Assembly (NCBI GenBank): GCA_963750165.1
Contig: CAVVPN010000003.1
Span: forward strand, 864,001-928,000
DNA length: 64,000 nt
Source of the DNA: an uncultured Gemmataceae bacterium
GTDB taxonomy: Bacteria > Planctomycetota > Planctomycetia > Gemmatales > Gemmataceae
Reading direction: 5' to 3'
In this document: one piece after another, positions 29,516 through 38,989 of the stretch
Layout of the letters: each line of letters opens with the position of its first letter
Position numbering within the stretch: the stretch's first letter is position 1
Notes under the pieces: model-generated
The model's database searches: none
What the model was told of the DNA's origin: nothing
Seen by the model: the letters and a program-made list of their open reading frames with translations, nothing else
Translations under genes and position numbers: made by a program

Positions 29516-29611
29516 GAAATGACGGTTTCGGCGAGCGGCGCGGCGTCAGGCCGCCGGTACGGCAAAGGACCGGCGGGCTGACGCCGCGCCGCTCGCCGAA
29601 ACCGTCATTTC
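29516..29611. repeat. REP-like palindrome family A, copy 3, with extended stem
   Basis: GAAATGACGGTTTCGGCGAGCGG...CCGCTCGCCGAAACCGTCATTTC between convergent genes. Confidence 0.85.
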
Positions 29612-30156
29612 AGGGTAGCGCCGGTGCCCATCTCCACGGTCAATTTCTTGACGCGCCAGTCACGTTCGCCGACGAGGATGAACTCCGCCCAGCAGGTGGC
29701 GAACTGCCCCTCGCCCTCTGGCCGGATGTAGAACTGCACGGTCGCGTGGGGCCGTTCCAGTTTCTCCACGTCGATGCCCCAGACGATGAAGTGTTTGAAG
29801 CCGGCCCGCTCCAGTTGATTGCGGGCCTGCGCCGCCAGCAGCTTGCGCGGCACGGTCACCTTCGTCTGCTTCATGAAATCGACCTGCACCTCATCCGCGA
29901 AGTGTTTGGTGGCCTCTTCGAGCCGATCCGCGTTCAGCGCCGCCACCATATCGTTGACATCCGCGGTCAACTGCTTGCGGTCGGTGACGATCACCAGCGA
30001 CAGCACCACGACGGTCACGAGCAGCGCCAGCGTGACCAGCGCGGCGCTGGCGACGGGCCGGCGGCGCGTGTTCCACCACCACGCCGTCAGGCCCAGCAGC
30101 GCCAGGCCCAGGACAATGAGGACGCCGTTGCTGTTGTCCACTAACCACCAGAGCAT
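29605..30156 (-). CDS. Two-TM protein with a possible NTF2/SnoaL-like C-terminal domain
   Basis: Two hydrophobic helices, then VTDRKQL...ALNADRLEEATKHFAD...DWRVKKL. Confidence 0.65.
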   Translation of the reverse strand: MLWWLVDNSNGVLIVLGLALLGLTAWWWNTRRRPVASAALVTLALLVTVVVLSLVIVTDRKQLTADVNDMVAALNADRLEEATKHFADEVQVDFMKQTKVTVPRKLLAAQARNQLERAGFKHFIVWGIDVEKLERPHATVQFYIRPEGEGQFATCWAEFILVGERDWRVKKLTVEMGTGATLK

Positions 30157-30226
30157 GGGAGTCCCTTTGGCCCGGATGATTCACCACGGAGAACGCAGAC
30201 GGGATGACCGTTTCGTAAATCCTACA

Positions 30227-30282
30227 CCAGTTTAGCCGCGACGCCCAGCGGAGCGCTCCCCTTCGGGTCGCGGCTAAACTGG
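30227..30282. repeat. REP-like palindrome (TTTAGCCGCGAC...GTCGCGGCTAAA)
   Basis: Inverted repeat downstream of the DUF4011 gene. Confidence 0.7.
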
Positions 30283-30306
30283 CGTACTGACGGGCGGTCG
30301 CCGACC

Positions 30307-33300
30307 TCACCTGCGCTTGTGCTTCGGTTTCGAGTCGAGCCGCTTGACCGGTCCCTGACCCGCGGACGGCGCCGCCGGTTTGGCCGCGGGCGGTGGCGGC
30401 GGTGGCGGAGCCAGCGGCTTCTTGCCCGCCTCCAGCGCCTGCTTCAGCCGCTCCACCTCTTCCGCGCGCCGCCGCCACCAGTCCGGCCCCCAGACGCGGT
30501 GCAGTCGCCAGCCGAGCCGCTCCAGCGCCTCCGGCAACAGCCGCTCCCGGTCGCGCGCCGCCGGCAGATCCTGGTAGCCGGCGCCGTCGCACAGCACCGC
30601 TAGTACCCGCCGGCCCTCACCGGCCGCTTCGTGGACGAACACGTTGCCGCCGCACGGGGCCGCGGCCTCCACGACCGTGGCCCGATAGCCGAGCCGTTGC
30701 ACCTCGGCGGCCACGTCGCGCGGCAGCGCCCCGGCGGCGTTCGGCGACTGCGGCCCGCCCGGCGATGCCCCGGTTTCCGCGTAGGCCAGCAGTGCCGCCA
30801 GCGCCCGCACGCCCTCGGCCGGCTCCTTGACCTCCGCCAGGTCGCGGGCCTTCAGCGCACTGACCACGACCAGCTTTTCCCGCGCCGCCAGGGCCACGGC
30901 GAGCACCCAGCGCTGGCCGTCCTCCTGGCTCAGCGGCCCGAAGTCCGCCGGCAACTGGCCCGCCGCGTCGCGGCCGTAGCCGACGCTCAGTACGAAGATG
31001 TCGCGGTCGGTGGCACCTTCGGCCGGCAGCTGCCGCGCCAGGGCTTCCAGCTCGGGCTGCTGCTGCAACCGCCGCTCCAACTCCGCCATGATGAGGGCCA
31101 GCTGATCGCGGTCGAAGGCGCCGACACCGATACTCTTTTTGCCACCAGCGGTCTTCCACTCCCGCACCACCGACTCCACCACGGCCTGGGCCTCGGCCGC
31201 GTTGCCGCCGACCTCCTCGTAGACGGCGCTCTCCACCGGCCGGAGTACGGCCCCACGGCCGTCTGTTGCGGCCGGCAGCACGTACAGCACCTCGTCGTAA
31301 CCGAGGGCGTTGGCAAAGTCGCCCAGCGGTCGGCCCGGCTCCTGCCAGCGCAGCGTCAGCGCCAGCACCCCGACACGCAGGCAGCAGTCGAGCAGGCTCG
31401 GCGTCGGTTCGTCCGCGGTCACGCCGAGCAGGTGCGGGACCAGTTGCGTGTCCGCCGGCAGATGTTCGTCGCCGATCACGATGGCCTGTTTGCCGCGGGC
31501 GACGGCCGGCAGCGCCTCGCCGGACGACAGCCGGTGCGCCTCGCCGATGACCACCAGGTCAAAACCAAATTCCCGCGGGTCGAGCAGCCGGACGGCCGTC
31601 AGCGGCGTGGCCAGCACGCACGGCTTGAGGCGCGGCAGCAGGTGCGGCAGTTCGTCCAGGATCGTCCGCAGCGGTGGCAGTGCGTCCTTCTTCGCTGCCT
31701 CGCGCCGCAGCGCCGCGGCCTCGACGTCCTCCTTGCCCAGCTCGGTGCGGCCCTGGTCGGCCCGGTGAGCGACCGCGGCCGCGGCGGCGGTTTGCAGCTT
31801 GCGGTCGAGGGCGCGGAACTCCAGCGCCACACGCTCGTGCTCCTTGCGGTCGAACTGGCCCAGCGCCGCGTCCTGGGCGAACACGGCTTCCAGCCAGCGG
31901 TGCAGGACGCTGTGTTGCAGGCAGTCCGCCAGTTGCTCGCGCGGCGGCCGCTGCTTCTGCACCTCCTGCCAGAACGCGGCCAGCCCCAGGTGCGCGAAGC
32001 GGTCGGCCAGCTGCCGCCACTCGATCCACTCCGCCAGCTCCGCCACGCGGTCGTGCAGCAACTTCAGGTGCTGCCGCAGTTCCTCCGGCGCCAGCTCCGC
32101 CAGGCGTTTGCCGCCGTGCCGCGGCCCCGGCGGCTCGAAGCGCAGTTCCAGGCTGTGCAGCGCGTGCTCCACCTGCTCACGTGCCTGCTTCAGTTCCTGA
32201 CTGGATGGCGGTTTGGTCCCCGGCGCCGTCGCCAGCTGCACGAACTGTTCCGCCGGCTTGCCGGCCGCCCCGAACAACTCGCGGACCCGGCCCGCCCAGG
32301 TGATCTGCTTGCGCAGCGCCGCCCAGTCGGTGTTGACGCCGTGGAACGCCGGGCCGAAGCGCTCCGTCCAGCGGGCGGCGTCCGCTGGTTGCGCCTCCTC
32401 GGCGCCGCGCAGCAGTTCCGCCTGGCGCAGGTCGGCGACGAGCGCGACGGCGTCCGGCGGCGGCGCCGGCGCATGGGCCAGCGCCGGATCGGTCAGCGCC
32501 GCGAAGTGGTTCAACGTCGTCTGCAAATCCTTCGCGTAGTGGTTGACCGCCGACAGCGCGCTGTCCAGCAGCGGCGCGCCCGTGCCCGGCAATCGCTCCG
32601 ACGGCAGCAGCGCCTCCAGTTCCTCCGTGGCGTGCAGCCAGGGGCCGAGCGCATCGTGCAGCCGTTTCGCGGCGGCGCGAATCTTTTCCGCCGCCGGCGT
32701 CGTCGCGCTGAGCGCATCGACGAGGCGATCGGGCAGCGTTTCGCAGCCGAGTTCGCGGGCCAGCTCCAGCGCCTCGGCGGCGACGCGCGTGGCCTTCTCC
32801 GCAGCGTCGAAGTCGGTGTCCATGCCCTTCTCGTAACGGCCCAGGACCGCCAGCCGCGCCGGCCGTTCCGCGTCCAGCTGCCGGCGCTGGCCGACCACCG
32901 CCGCCGCCGTGAACACGTCCTCGCGCACGCTGCGCGGCAGCACGTCGCCGTGGCTGCGGCGCTGCAGAGCACGGCGGTCACGGCGGTACTGCATGCTGAA
33001 GACGCGCAGCCAGCTGGCGTACGGGCCGCGGTAGCGCTCCGCCAGGTAGACCACGTCCAGCTCGAACAGCTGCTCCTTGTAGCGCGTCAGCAGTTCGTGG
33101 CGGCGGCGGTGGTTGTCGGCGAACACCGGCCCGACCGACGCGATCAGCGCCTGCGCCTTCGCCAGCGCCTGCGGATCGGTGACCCAGGCGCGCTCCGGCG
33201 GCGTCTCGCTCATGCACAGGTTGGCCAGGCGCTGCAGCCGCCGCAGCGTATGCGGCGACGGGTCGTGCTTGCCCTCGGGGCCGGCCGCGGCGTCCGACGC

Positions 33301-35121
33301 GCCCGGCGGCAGTTCCACCGCGAGCCATTTTTCCAGCGCTCGCGCGTCGGTCAGCCAGTGCGGCAGCCGCTTCAGCGTCTCCGCCGCCCAGCCGCGTAGC
33401 TTTTGCTGCTGCCGCAGCAGACCGGCGCCCTGCGTGTCATCGGCAGCCAGGAGCGGCGCGGCGGCGTGCCAGGCGTGCTCCACCTGCTCGGCCGTGCCCT
33501 CGGGCAACTTCCACAGCGCCGGGCCGTAGCGCTCCGTCAACGGCTGCCGGGACTGGCCGCGCTGCTGGTACGACGCGGCACAGCGCTCCAGGTCCGTCGC
33601 CAGCGCCGCGGTGTCCGCGCCCTGCAGCCATGCGGCCGGCGGGTGCGGATTGGTTTCGAGCAACTCGCTGGCGCGTAGCAGCCACGGAATGGGGCCGCTG
33701 GCGCCGATGGCGGCGGCGTAGTGGTCCGCGACGGTCTGCAAGCGGTCGAGGCGGCCGCGCACCTTGTCGATCAGGTGCAGCACGTCATCGCGCAACTTCA
33801 GCGTGTAGCGTTCGCCGCTTTTGAAGCCGTGCCAGAGGTAGCTGTCGCCCTGCTCGTGCAGGTGCCAGAAGTGCTGCGCCCGCTCGATGGCGTGCCGGGC
33901 CTCGTCCAGCCAGGTGGGCGTGATGTCCAGGGCGTTGAACTCGCCGAGTTCCAGCCGCGCCGCCGCATGACAGCGAGCCACCTCGCCCAGCGCCCACCAG
34001 GCGCTGCGCTGCAACGGTTCACGTACTCGGTGCAGCGCGTCCGCGTAGGCATTGAGCTGGTCGCGGTACTGCCGCAGTTGTTCCAGTTCCTGCGGGGACG
34101 GCCCGCCCGCCGGCGTGGGCGGCTGCTCGAGACAGCGGCGCAACTCGTTCACGACGGCCCGACTGTCGGCGCCGGCCGCGGCCAGGTCGAGCACAAAATC
34201 GCCCAGCCCCGCGTCGCGCAACAGCCGCGCGACCTCCGCCAGCTGGGCCGGCCTCGGGCTGACGATCAGCACGCTCTGGCCGCCGCCGATGCGCTCCGCC
34301 GCGAGGTTGGCCATCGCCTGCGCCTGCGCCGTCCCGGGCGGCGCCTGCAGCACGAAACTGTGGCCGCGCATCGCCGCTGCCAGCGCCAGCCGCTGACTGC
34401 TGTCCGCGTCCAGGATGTGCAGCGCCGGCTGCGGCGCCGCGTCCAGTTCGCGCGCGTCGGGCAGCGCCAGCGTGGCGGCGGGCTCGGCGCCGGCGAGGAC
34501 GCGCACCAGCGGATGGTCCGCCAGCAGCGCCTCGTTCTCGGCCAGGTCGCGCTCCAGCGGTTCGGTGAACACCGGCAGCAGCGTCAGCAGGGCCGCCGGC
34601 TCCACGCTCCAGCCGAGCCCGGCGACCACGGTCTGCACCTCCGCGAAGAACGTTGGCAGCGTCTTCTCGTCCACGCGCGACGGCAACGGCGGCAGGCGCA
34701 GGTCCAGGGCCGCCTGCAGTCGCGTTTGCAACAACGGGTTGACGAACGGCGTCCCCGCGGCGGTCACGGTGGCGGCCGCCAGCTCGACCGGCAGAATCAC
34801 CAGCGGCGACCGTAGCGGCGCCGCCGTGTCCGGGTCCGCCCACTCCAGCACGCCGCCGGCCAGGTGCAGCAGCCGGACGCCGTGCTCCTCCAGGCCCGTC
34901 TGCGCCCGCCGCCGCAGCGCCGCCAGCTGCTCCGGCTGCGCGCCTGTCACCGCGGTGGATTTGCCGGGCTGCGTCAGGCGGCCGAACAGCGCCGCGGCGT
35001 CCGCCGGCGGCACATCCAGGCCGGGGCGCAGGTGCAGCAACGGGTTGCGGGGGCTGGGGTCTGACAGGGCGGCACGCCAGCGTGCCAGCGCGGCGTAGAC
35101 TGGAGAAGCAGGGTCGGCCAT
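30307..35121 (-). CDS. DUF4011 - SF1 (UPF1-like) helicase - MTES_1575/Vsr-like endonuclease protein with degenerate catalytic motifs
   Basis: ATG 35121; RWRAALSDPSPRNPLL, LRSPLVILPVEL, DADSSQ, LKPCVLATPL, FDLVVI and CDG...RDRERL...LGWRLHRVW; one uninterrupted 1604-codon ORF. Confidence 0.88.
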   Translation of the reverse strand: MADPASPVYAALARWRAALSDPSPRNPLLHLRPGLDVPPADAAALFGRLTQPGKSTAVTGAQPEQLAALRRRAQTGLEEHGVRLLHLAGGVLEWADPDTAAPLRSPLVILPVELAAATVTAAGTPFVNPLLQTRLQAALDLRLPPLPSRVDEKTLPTFFAEVQTVVAGLGWSVEPAALLTLLPVFTEPLERDLAENEALLADHPLVRVLAGAEPAATLALPDARELDAAPQPALHILDADSSQRLALAAAMRGHSFVLQAPPGTAQAQAMANLAAERIGGGQSVLIVSPRPAQLAEVARLLRDAGLGDFVLDLAAAGADSRAVVNELRRCLEQPPTPAGGPSPQELEQLRQYRDQLNAYADALHRVREPLQRSAWWALGEVARCHAAARLELGEFNALDITPTWLDEARHAIERAQHFWHLHEQGDSYLWHGFKSGERYTLKLRDDVLHLIDKVRGRLDRLQTVADHYAAAIGASGPIPWLLRASELLETNPHPPAAWLQGADTAALATDLERCAASYQQRGQSRQPLTERYGPALWKLPEGTAEQVEHAWHAAAPLLAADDTQGAGLLRQQQKLRGWAAETLKRLPHWLTDARALEKWLAVELPPGASDAAAGPEGKHDPSPHTLRRLQRLANLCMSETPPERAWVTDPQALAKAQALIASVGPVFADNHRRRHELLTRYKEQLFELDVVYLAERYRGPYASWLRVFSMQYRRDRRALQRRSHGDVLPRSVREDVFTAAAVVGQRRQLDAERPARLAVLGRYEKGMDTDFDAAEKATRVAAEALELARELGCETLPDRLVDALSATTPAAEKIRAAAKRLHDALGPWLHATEELEALLPSERLPGTGAPLLDSALSAVNHYAKDLQTTLNHFAALTDPALAHAPAPPPDAVALVADLRQAELLRGAEEAQPADAARWTERFGPAFHGVNTDWAALRKQITWAGRVRELFGAAGKPAEQFVQLATAPGTKPPSSQELKQAREQVEHALHSLELRFEPPGPRHGGKRLAELAPEELRQHLKLLHDRVAELAEWIEWRQLADRFAHLGLAAFWQEVQKQRPPREQLADCLQHSVLHRWLEAVFAQDAALGQFDRKEHERVALEFRALDRKLQTAAAAAVAHRADQGRTELGKEDVEAAALRREAAKKDALPPLRTILDELPHLLPRLKPCVLATPLTAVRLLDPREFGFDLVVIGEAHRLSSGEALPAVARGKQAIVIGDEHLPADTQLVPHLLGVTADEPTPSLLDCCLRVGVLALTLRWQEPGRPLGDFANALGYDEVLYVLPAATDGRGAVLRPVESAVYEEVGGNAAEAQAVVESVVREWKTAGGKKSIGVGAFDRDQLALIMAELERRLQQQPELEALARQLPAEGATDRDIFVLSVGYGRDAAGQLPADFGPLSQEDGQRWVLAVALAAREKLVVVSALKARDLAEVKEPAEGVRALAALLAYAETGASPGGPQSPNAAGALPRDVAAEVQRLGYRATVVEAAAPCGGNVFVHEAAGEGRRVLAVLCDGAGYQDLPAARDRERLLPEALERLGWRLHRVWGPDWWRRRAEEVERLKQALEAGKKPLAPPPPPPPAAKPAAPSAGQGPVKRLDSKPKHKRR

Positions 35122-35353
35122 GGGTTTGTTCCTCAACCGATGCTCGGCAGTGCGAGATAAGCAATATCGGCGAAGATAACAGCCCCGCCCCGCCGCGCCA
35201 ATGGGCCGCCGCCAAGGGGCAGTGGCACACCCGACCCACCCTGTTCCCTTGGAGTGGCACGCCGCCGTCCGTCTGGCGAACCCGCGGCGAAAAACGTAAA
35301 CCAACCACGGGGCCGAGGCGCGTCGCCGGGGCCCGCCGGAACGAGGAGGGCTG

Positions 35354-36850
35354 ATGTCCAGCGCTGCACACGATCCCTACGCCGCCCTGCGCCTGCGCGA
35401 CTACCGCTGCCTGCTGTCCGGCGGCGTCTTCGCCAGCATCGGCGTCGAAATCCAGGCGACCGTTGTGTTCTGGGAACTGACCCAGCGCACCGGCAACGAG
35501 GAATCGGCGGCCGTGGCAGTGGGCCTGGCCGGCCTGGCGCTGTTCCTGCCCGTGCTGCTGCTGGCGCTGCCGGCCGGCCAGGCAGCGGACCGCTACCACC
35601 GCCGCCGACTCCTGCAGGCCGCCCAGGGCGTCGTCATCCTGGCGGCGCTGGGCCTGGCGGCGATCTCCTGGTGGCAGGGGCCGTTGTGGCAGATGTACCT
35701 GTTCCTGGTGCTTGCGGGCGTCGGCCGGGCCTTCACGGCGCCGGCACGCTCGTCGCTGCTGGCGCTGGTCGTGCCGCCGCACCTGTTGCCCAACGCCGTC
35801 ACCTGGAACAGCACGGCGTATCAGTTCGCCAACGTCGCCGGCCCCGCGTTCGGCGGCCTGATGCTGTGGCTGGCGGGCGGCGCGGCGCCGGTGTACCTGC
35901 TGACCGCCGGCTGCGCCCTCGACTGCATTCTTCTGGTGGCGCCGGTCAAACTCAAGGTGGCGCCGCCGACCGAACCGCGCTCGCTGCACTCATTGCTGGC
36001 CGGGGCACGCTTCATCTGGCGGACGGAGTTGCTGCTGGCGGCCATCACGCTCGACCTGTTCGCCGTGCTGCTCGGCGGCGCCACCGCGCTGCTGCCCATC
36101 TTCGCCAGCAAAATCCTGCACGTGGACGCACTGGGCTACGGCCTCTTGCGGGCGGCGCCGGCGCTGGGGGCGGTGCTGATGGCGGTGACGCTGGCCCACC
36201 GGCCGCCGCTGCGCCGCGCCGGCCGGGCGTTGCTGCTATCCGTCGCGGGCTTCGGCGTCGCTACCATCGTCTTCGGCCTGTCGCGAAACTTCGCGCTGTC
36301 GTTCGCCATGCTGGCCCTGACCGGGGCGCTGGACAATGTTAGCGTGGTGGTGCGCGGCACCCTGATGCAGGTGCTGACGCCCAACGAGATGCGCGGCCGG
36401 GTCGGGGCGGTCAACTTCATTTTCATCAGCTCGTCCAACGAACTGGGCGCCTTCGAGTCGGGCATGGTGGCGCGGTGGTTGGGGCCGGTCGGCTCGGTCG
36501 TCTTCGGAGGTGTCGGTACGCTGGTGGTGGTTGCGGCGGCGGCACTGCGCTGGCCGCGACTGGCCCGTCTCGGCACCCTGCACCCGGACCACCTGGCCCC
36601 CCGCGTGGGCGGCCCAGCGCCCGCGACCGGGGAACTGGAGTCGCCGGACATTGCCGCCGCCATCAGCGAACAACCGTCGGAGGAACTGGCTACTTCGGAC
36701 CCGTCCAACTCTTTTTTTCGAGGGCAAGACCATGAACCAGCGTCACTGGCTTCCGGCCCTGCTGCTCTGCCTGGTGCCCCTGGCCCCGCTCCGGGCGCAG
36801 GGCGGTGCGGCGCAGAACCCAATCACGAACGAGACGCAGCAGGCGATTGA
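35354..36850 (+). CDS. MFS transporter (MFS_3/EntS-like); true end may be 36735
   Basis: AGQAADRYHRRR, ITLDLFAVLLGGATALLPIFA and SSNELGAFESG; one indel in the T7 run at 36712-36718 would give an ATGA junction with the next gene. Confidence 0.88.
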   Translation: MSSAAHDPYAALRLRDYRCLLSGGVFASIGVEIQATVVFWELTQRTGNEESAAVAVGLAGLALFLPVLLLALPAGQAADRYHRRRLLQAAQGVVILAALGLAAISWWQGPLWQMYLFLVLAGVGRAFTAPARSSLLALVVPPHLLPNAVTWNSTAYQFANVAGPAFGGLMLWLAGGAAPVYLLTAGCALDCILLVAPVKLKVAPPTEPRSLHSLLAGARFIWRTELLLAAITLDLFAVLLGGATALLPIFASKILHVDALGYGLLRAAPALGAVLMAVTLAHRPPLRRAGRALLLSVAGFGVATIVFGLSRNFALSFAMLALTGALDNVSVVVRGTLMQVLTPNEMRGRVGAVNFIFISSSNELGAFESGMVARWLGPVGSVVFGGVGTLVVVAAAALRWPRLARLGTLHPDHLAPRVGGPAPATGELESPDIAAAISEQPSEELATSDPSNSFFRGQDHEPASLASGPAALPGAPGPAPGAGRCGAEPNHERDAAGD

Positions 36851-37802
36851 CGCCGGCCTGGCGTACCTGGCGGCGCAGCAGGCGGCCGACGGCTCCTGGG
36901 GCGACCGTGCCTTCCAGGGCAACCTCGGCATCACCGGCCTGGCGGGGCGGGCGTTCCTGGCTGGCGGCCACGAACCGGGCCGGGGCAAGTACGGCCCGCA
37001 CCTCACGAAGGCCATCGAATTCATCCTGAGCCACGAGAACAAGCAAACGCCCGGGTTCCTGCACAACGCGCAGGCGACGGCACACGGGCCCATGTACGGC
37101 CACGGCTTCGCCCTGCTGTTCCTGGCCGAGGCCCACAGCGGCATCCGCGACAAGAAGCTGAAGGAGCGCGTCACGGAACTGCTGGGCCGCGCGGTCAAGC
37201 TGACGGTCGAGGCCCAGAACAAGGAGGGCGGCTGGCGCTACCTACCGAAGCCCGTGGACGCGGACCTGACCGTGACCGTCTGCCAGGTCCAGGGGCTGAC
37301 CGCGGCGCGGAATGCCGGGGCCAACGTGCGGCGGAAGGTGCTGGAGCAGGCGCTGACCTACGTGCGGCAGTGCCAGAATCTGCAGCGCGACGGCGGCTTC
37401 CGCTACATGCGCCAGGGCGGCGGGAGCGGGTTCGCCCGGACGGCGGCGGCGCTGGACGTGCTGCTGCAAGCGGGCCAGGCCAAAAGCAAGGAAGTGGAGA
37501 AGGGCCTGGATTATCTGCGGCCGTATCGGCCCGGACTCAAGAAGGCGAACGCGGTCGGGCTGTTCTATTACCACGGGCATTACTACGCCGCCCAGGCCAT
37601 GTGGCGCACCGGCGGCACCGACTGGCAGAAGTGGTATCCGGCTGTCCGCGACGAACTGCTCAAGCATCCCGACCGGCAGAAGCAGAAGAACGACACCGAA
37701 ACGTTCTGGAACGACCGCACCGTCGGCCCCCAGTTTGGGACGGCGATGGCGCTGATCGTGTTGCAACTGCCGCACGAGAAATTGCGGAGCCTGAAGCGCT
37801 GA
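36732..37802 (+). CDS. Secreted prenyltransferase/squalene-oxidase repeat protein
   Basis: QQAADGSW, GPMYGHGFA, QNKEGGWRY, DGGFRY and YYHGHYYAAQAMW. Confidence 0.85.
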   Translation: MNQRHWLPALLLCLVPLAPLRAQGGAAQNPITNETQQAIDAGLAYLAAQQAADGSWGDRAFQGNLGITGLAGRAFLAGGHEPGRGKYGPHLTKAIEFILSHENKQTPGFLHNAQATAHGPMYGHGFALLFLAEAHSGIRDKKLKERVTELLGRAVKLTVEAQNKEGGWRYLPKPVDADLTVTVCQVQGLTAARNAGANVRRKVLEQALTYVRQCQNLQRDGGFRYMRQGGGSGFARTAAALDVLLQAGQAKSKEVEKGLDYLRPYRPGLKKANAVGLFYYHGHYYAAQAMWRTGGTDWQKWYPAVRDELLKHPDRQKQKNDTETFWNDRTVGPQFGTAMALIVLQLPHEKLRSLKR

Positions 37803-37814
37803 GGCTCCATTCCG

Positions 37815-37846
37815 GTTGTGGCCCGGTCCGGAGATCGGGCCACAAC
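37815..37846. repeat. Hairpin (REP-like or bidirectional terminator)
   Basis: GTTGTGGCCCGGTC...GATCGGGCCACAAC between convergent genes. Confidence 0.6.
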
Positions 37847-37883
37847 GCGGGGCCGCAAGCGGCAGACAAGACGGGTTGCCGCT

Positions 37884-38783
37884 TCACACCCCCATCACGT
37901 TGTAGCCGCAGTCCACAAACAGCACTTCGCCGGTGATGCCGGACGCCAGCGGACTGCACAGGAACACGGCCGCGTTCGCCACCTCCTCGGCGGTGATCGG
38001 CCGCGGTAACGGCGACTTTTCTGCGGCGTGGCTTTTCATCCGCTCAATGTCGCCAATGCCCTTGGCGGCCAGCGAGGCGTACGGGCCGGCGGAGATCAAG
38101 TTGACGCGGATGTTGCCGTCGCGGCCGACGTTGAACGCCAGTTGCCTGGCGTCGATCTCCAGGGCCGCCTTGGACGTGGACATGCCGCCGCCGTAGTGCG
38201 GCACCACGCGCTCGCCGCCCAGGTATGTCAGCCCCAGCACCGCCGCCCCATCGGGCCGGTTCGCCATCTTGGCGTGCAGCGCCCGCACCAGGGCGGTCAG
38301 GGAGTACGAACTGATACTCAGAGCGTTGAGGTAGCCCTTGCGGGTTGTGTCGATGGCCCGGCTCTTGACCTCGGAGCTGAAGGCGATGCTGTGAATGAGG
38401 ATGTCAAGGTGCGGATAGGGTTCCAGGTTCTTGACCAGGCCGGCGATGGAATAGTCGCCGTGCTGCTCCTCGATCCTGGCCCAGCGGCGGTCGCTACGCA
38501 GGTCCGCCGGCACGTCGTCCATCGTGTCGTACTGCACGTCGCAGGCAAACTCCGCCTCGGGCCGGAAGTCGCCCTCGACGAACGGCAGTTTGCGGGCGCT
38601 GACGTCGTCTGGTCGGTCGCCGGTGAGGACGGTGCCGACCATGTTCATCATGCGCGGGTGGCAGGCGAGGACGATGCGCGCACCGGCCGCCTGCAGCGCC
38701 TTGGCGATGTACCAGGCAAAACTCAAATCGTTGCCGACGCCCGTCACCAGTGCCGTCTTGCCGTTCAGGTCCAGGGGGATCAT
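37884..38783 (-). CDS. fabI: Enoyl-ACP reductase
   Basis: ALVTGVGNDLSFAW, HSIAFS, LTYLG..VVPHYGGGMSTSKAALE and RVNLISAGP. Confidence 0.92.
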   Translation of the reverse strand: MIPLDLNGKTALVTGVGNDLSFAWYIAKALQAAGARIVLACHPRMMNMVGTVLTGDRPDDVSARKLPFVEGDFRPEAEFACDVQYDTMDDVPADLRSDRRWARIEEQHGDYSIAGLVKNLEPYPHLDILIHSIAFSSEVKSRAIDTTRKGYLNALSISSYSLTALVRALHAKMANRPDGAAVLGLTYLGGERVVPHYGGGMSTSKAALEIDARQLAFNVGRDGNIRVNLISAGPYASLAAKGIGDIERMKSHAAEKSPLPRPITAEEVANAAVFLCSPLASGITGEVLFVDCGYNVMGV

Positions 38784-38989
38784 GGTTTATCCCTTTGTGC
38801 TCGGTGGAATGGGTGATTTGGGGTTCGATTTAGCACAATCGCGGAAGGCGGGCAAGGTGAATCAGGTGCGCCGCCGGAAGAGGCATTCGCCAAATCCGAC
38901 CAGTTTTGTTGCCTTGTGAGCGGGCGCCGTCCGGTTTAGCATAAGGACATTTCCCAGATACCCGCCCGGCCCCTCAAACGAGAACCCAC

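Noticed and set aside
13702..29611. CRISPR array from the recurring GGCGAGCGGCGCGGC repeats
   Set aside because: Copies are kilobases apart and arranged as inverted pairs; no spacers or cas genes
30631..33399. 922-aa plus-strand ORF and other long antisense ORFs (8914-10818, 22248-24797, 25676-27799, 47105-48787)
   Set aside because: Shadow frames of real genes in high-GC DNA; no motifs and R/Q/H/A-biased composition
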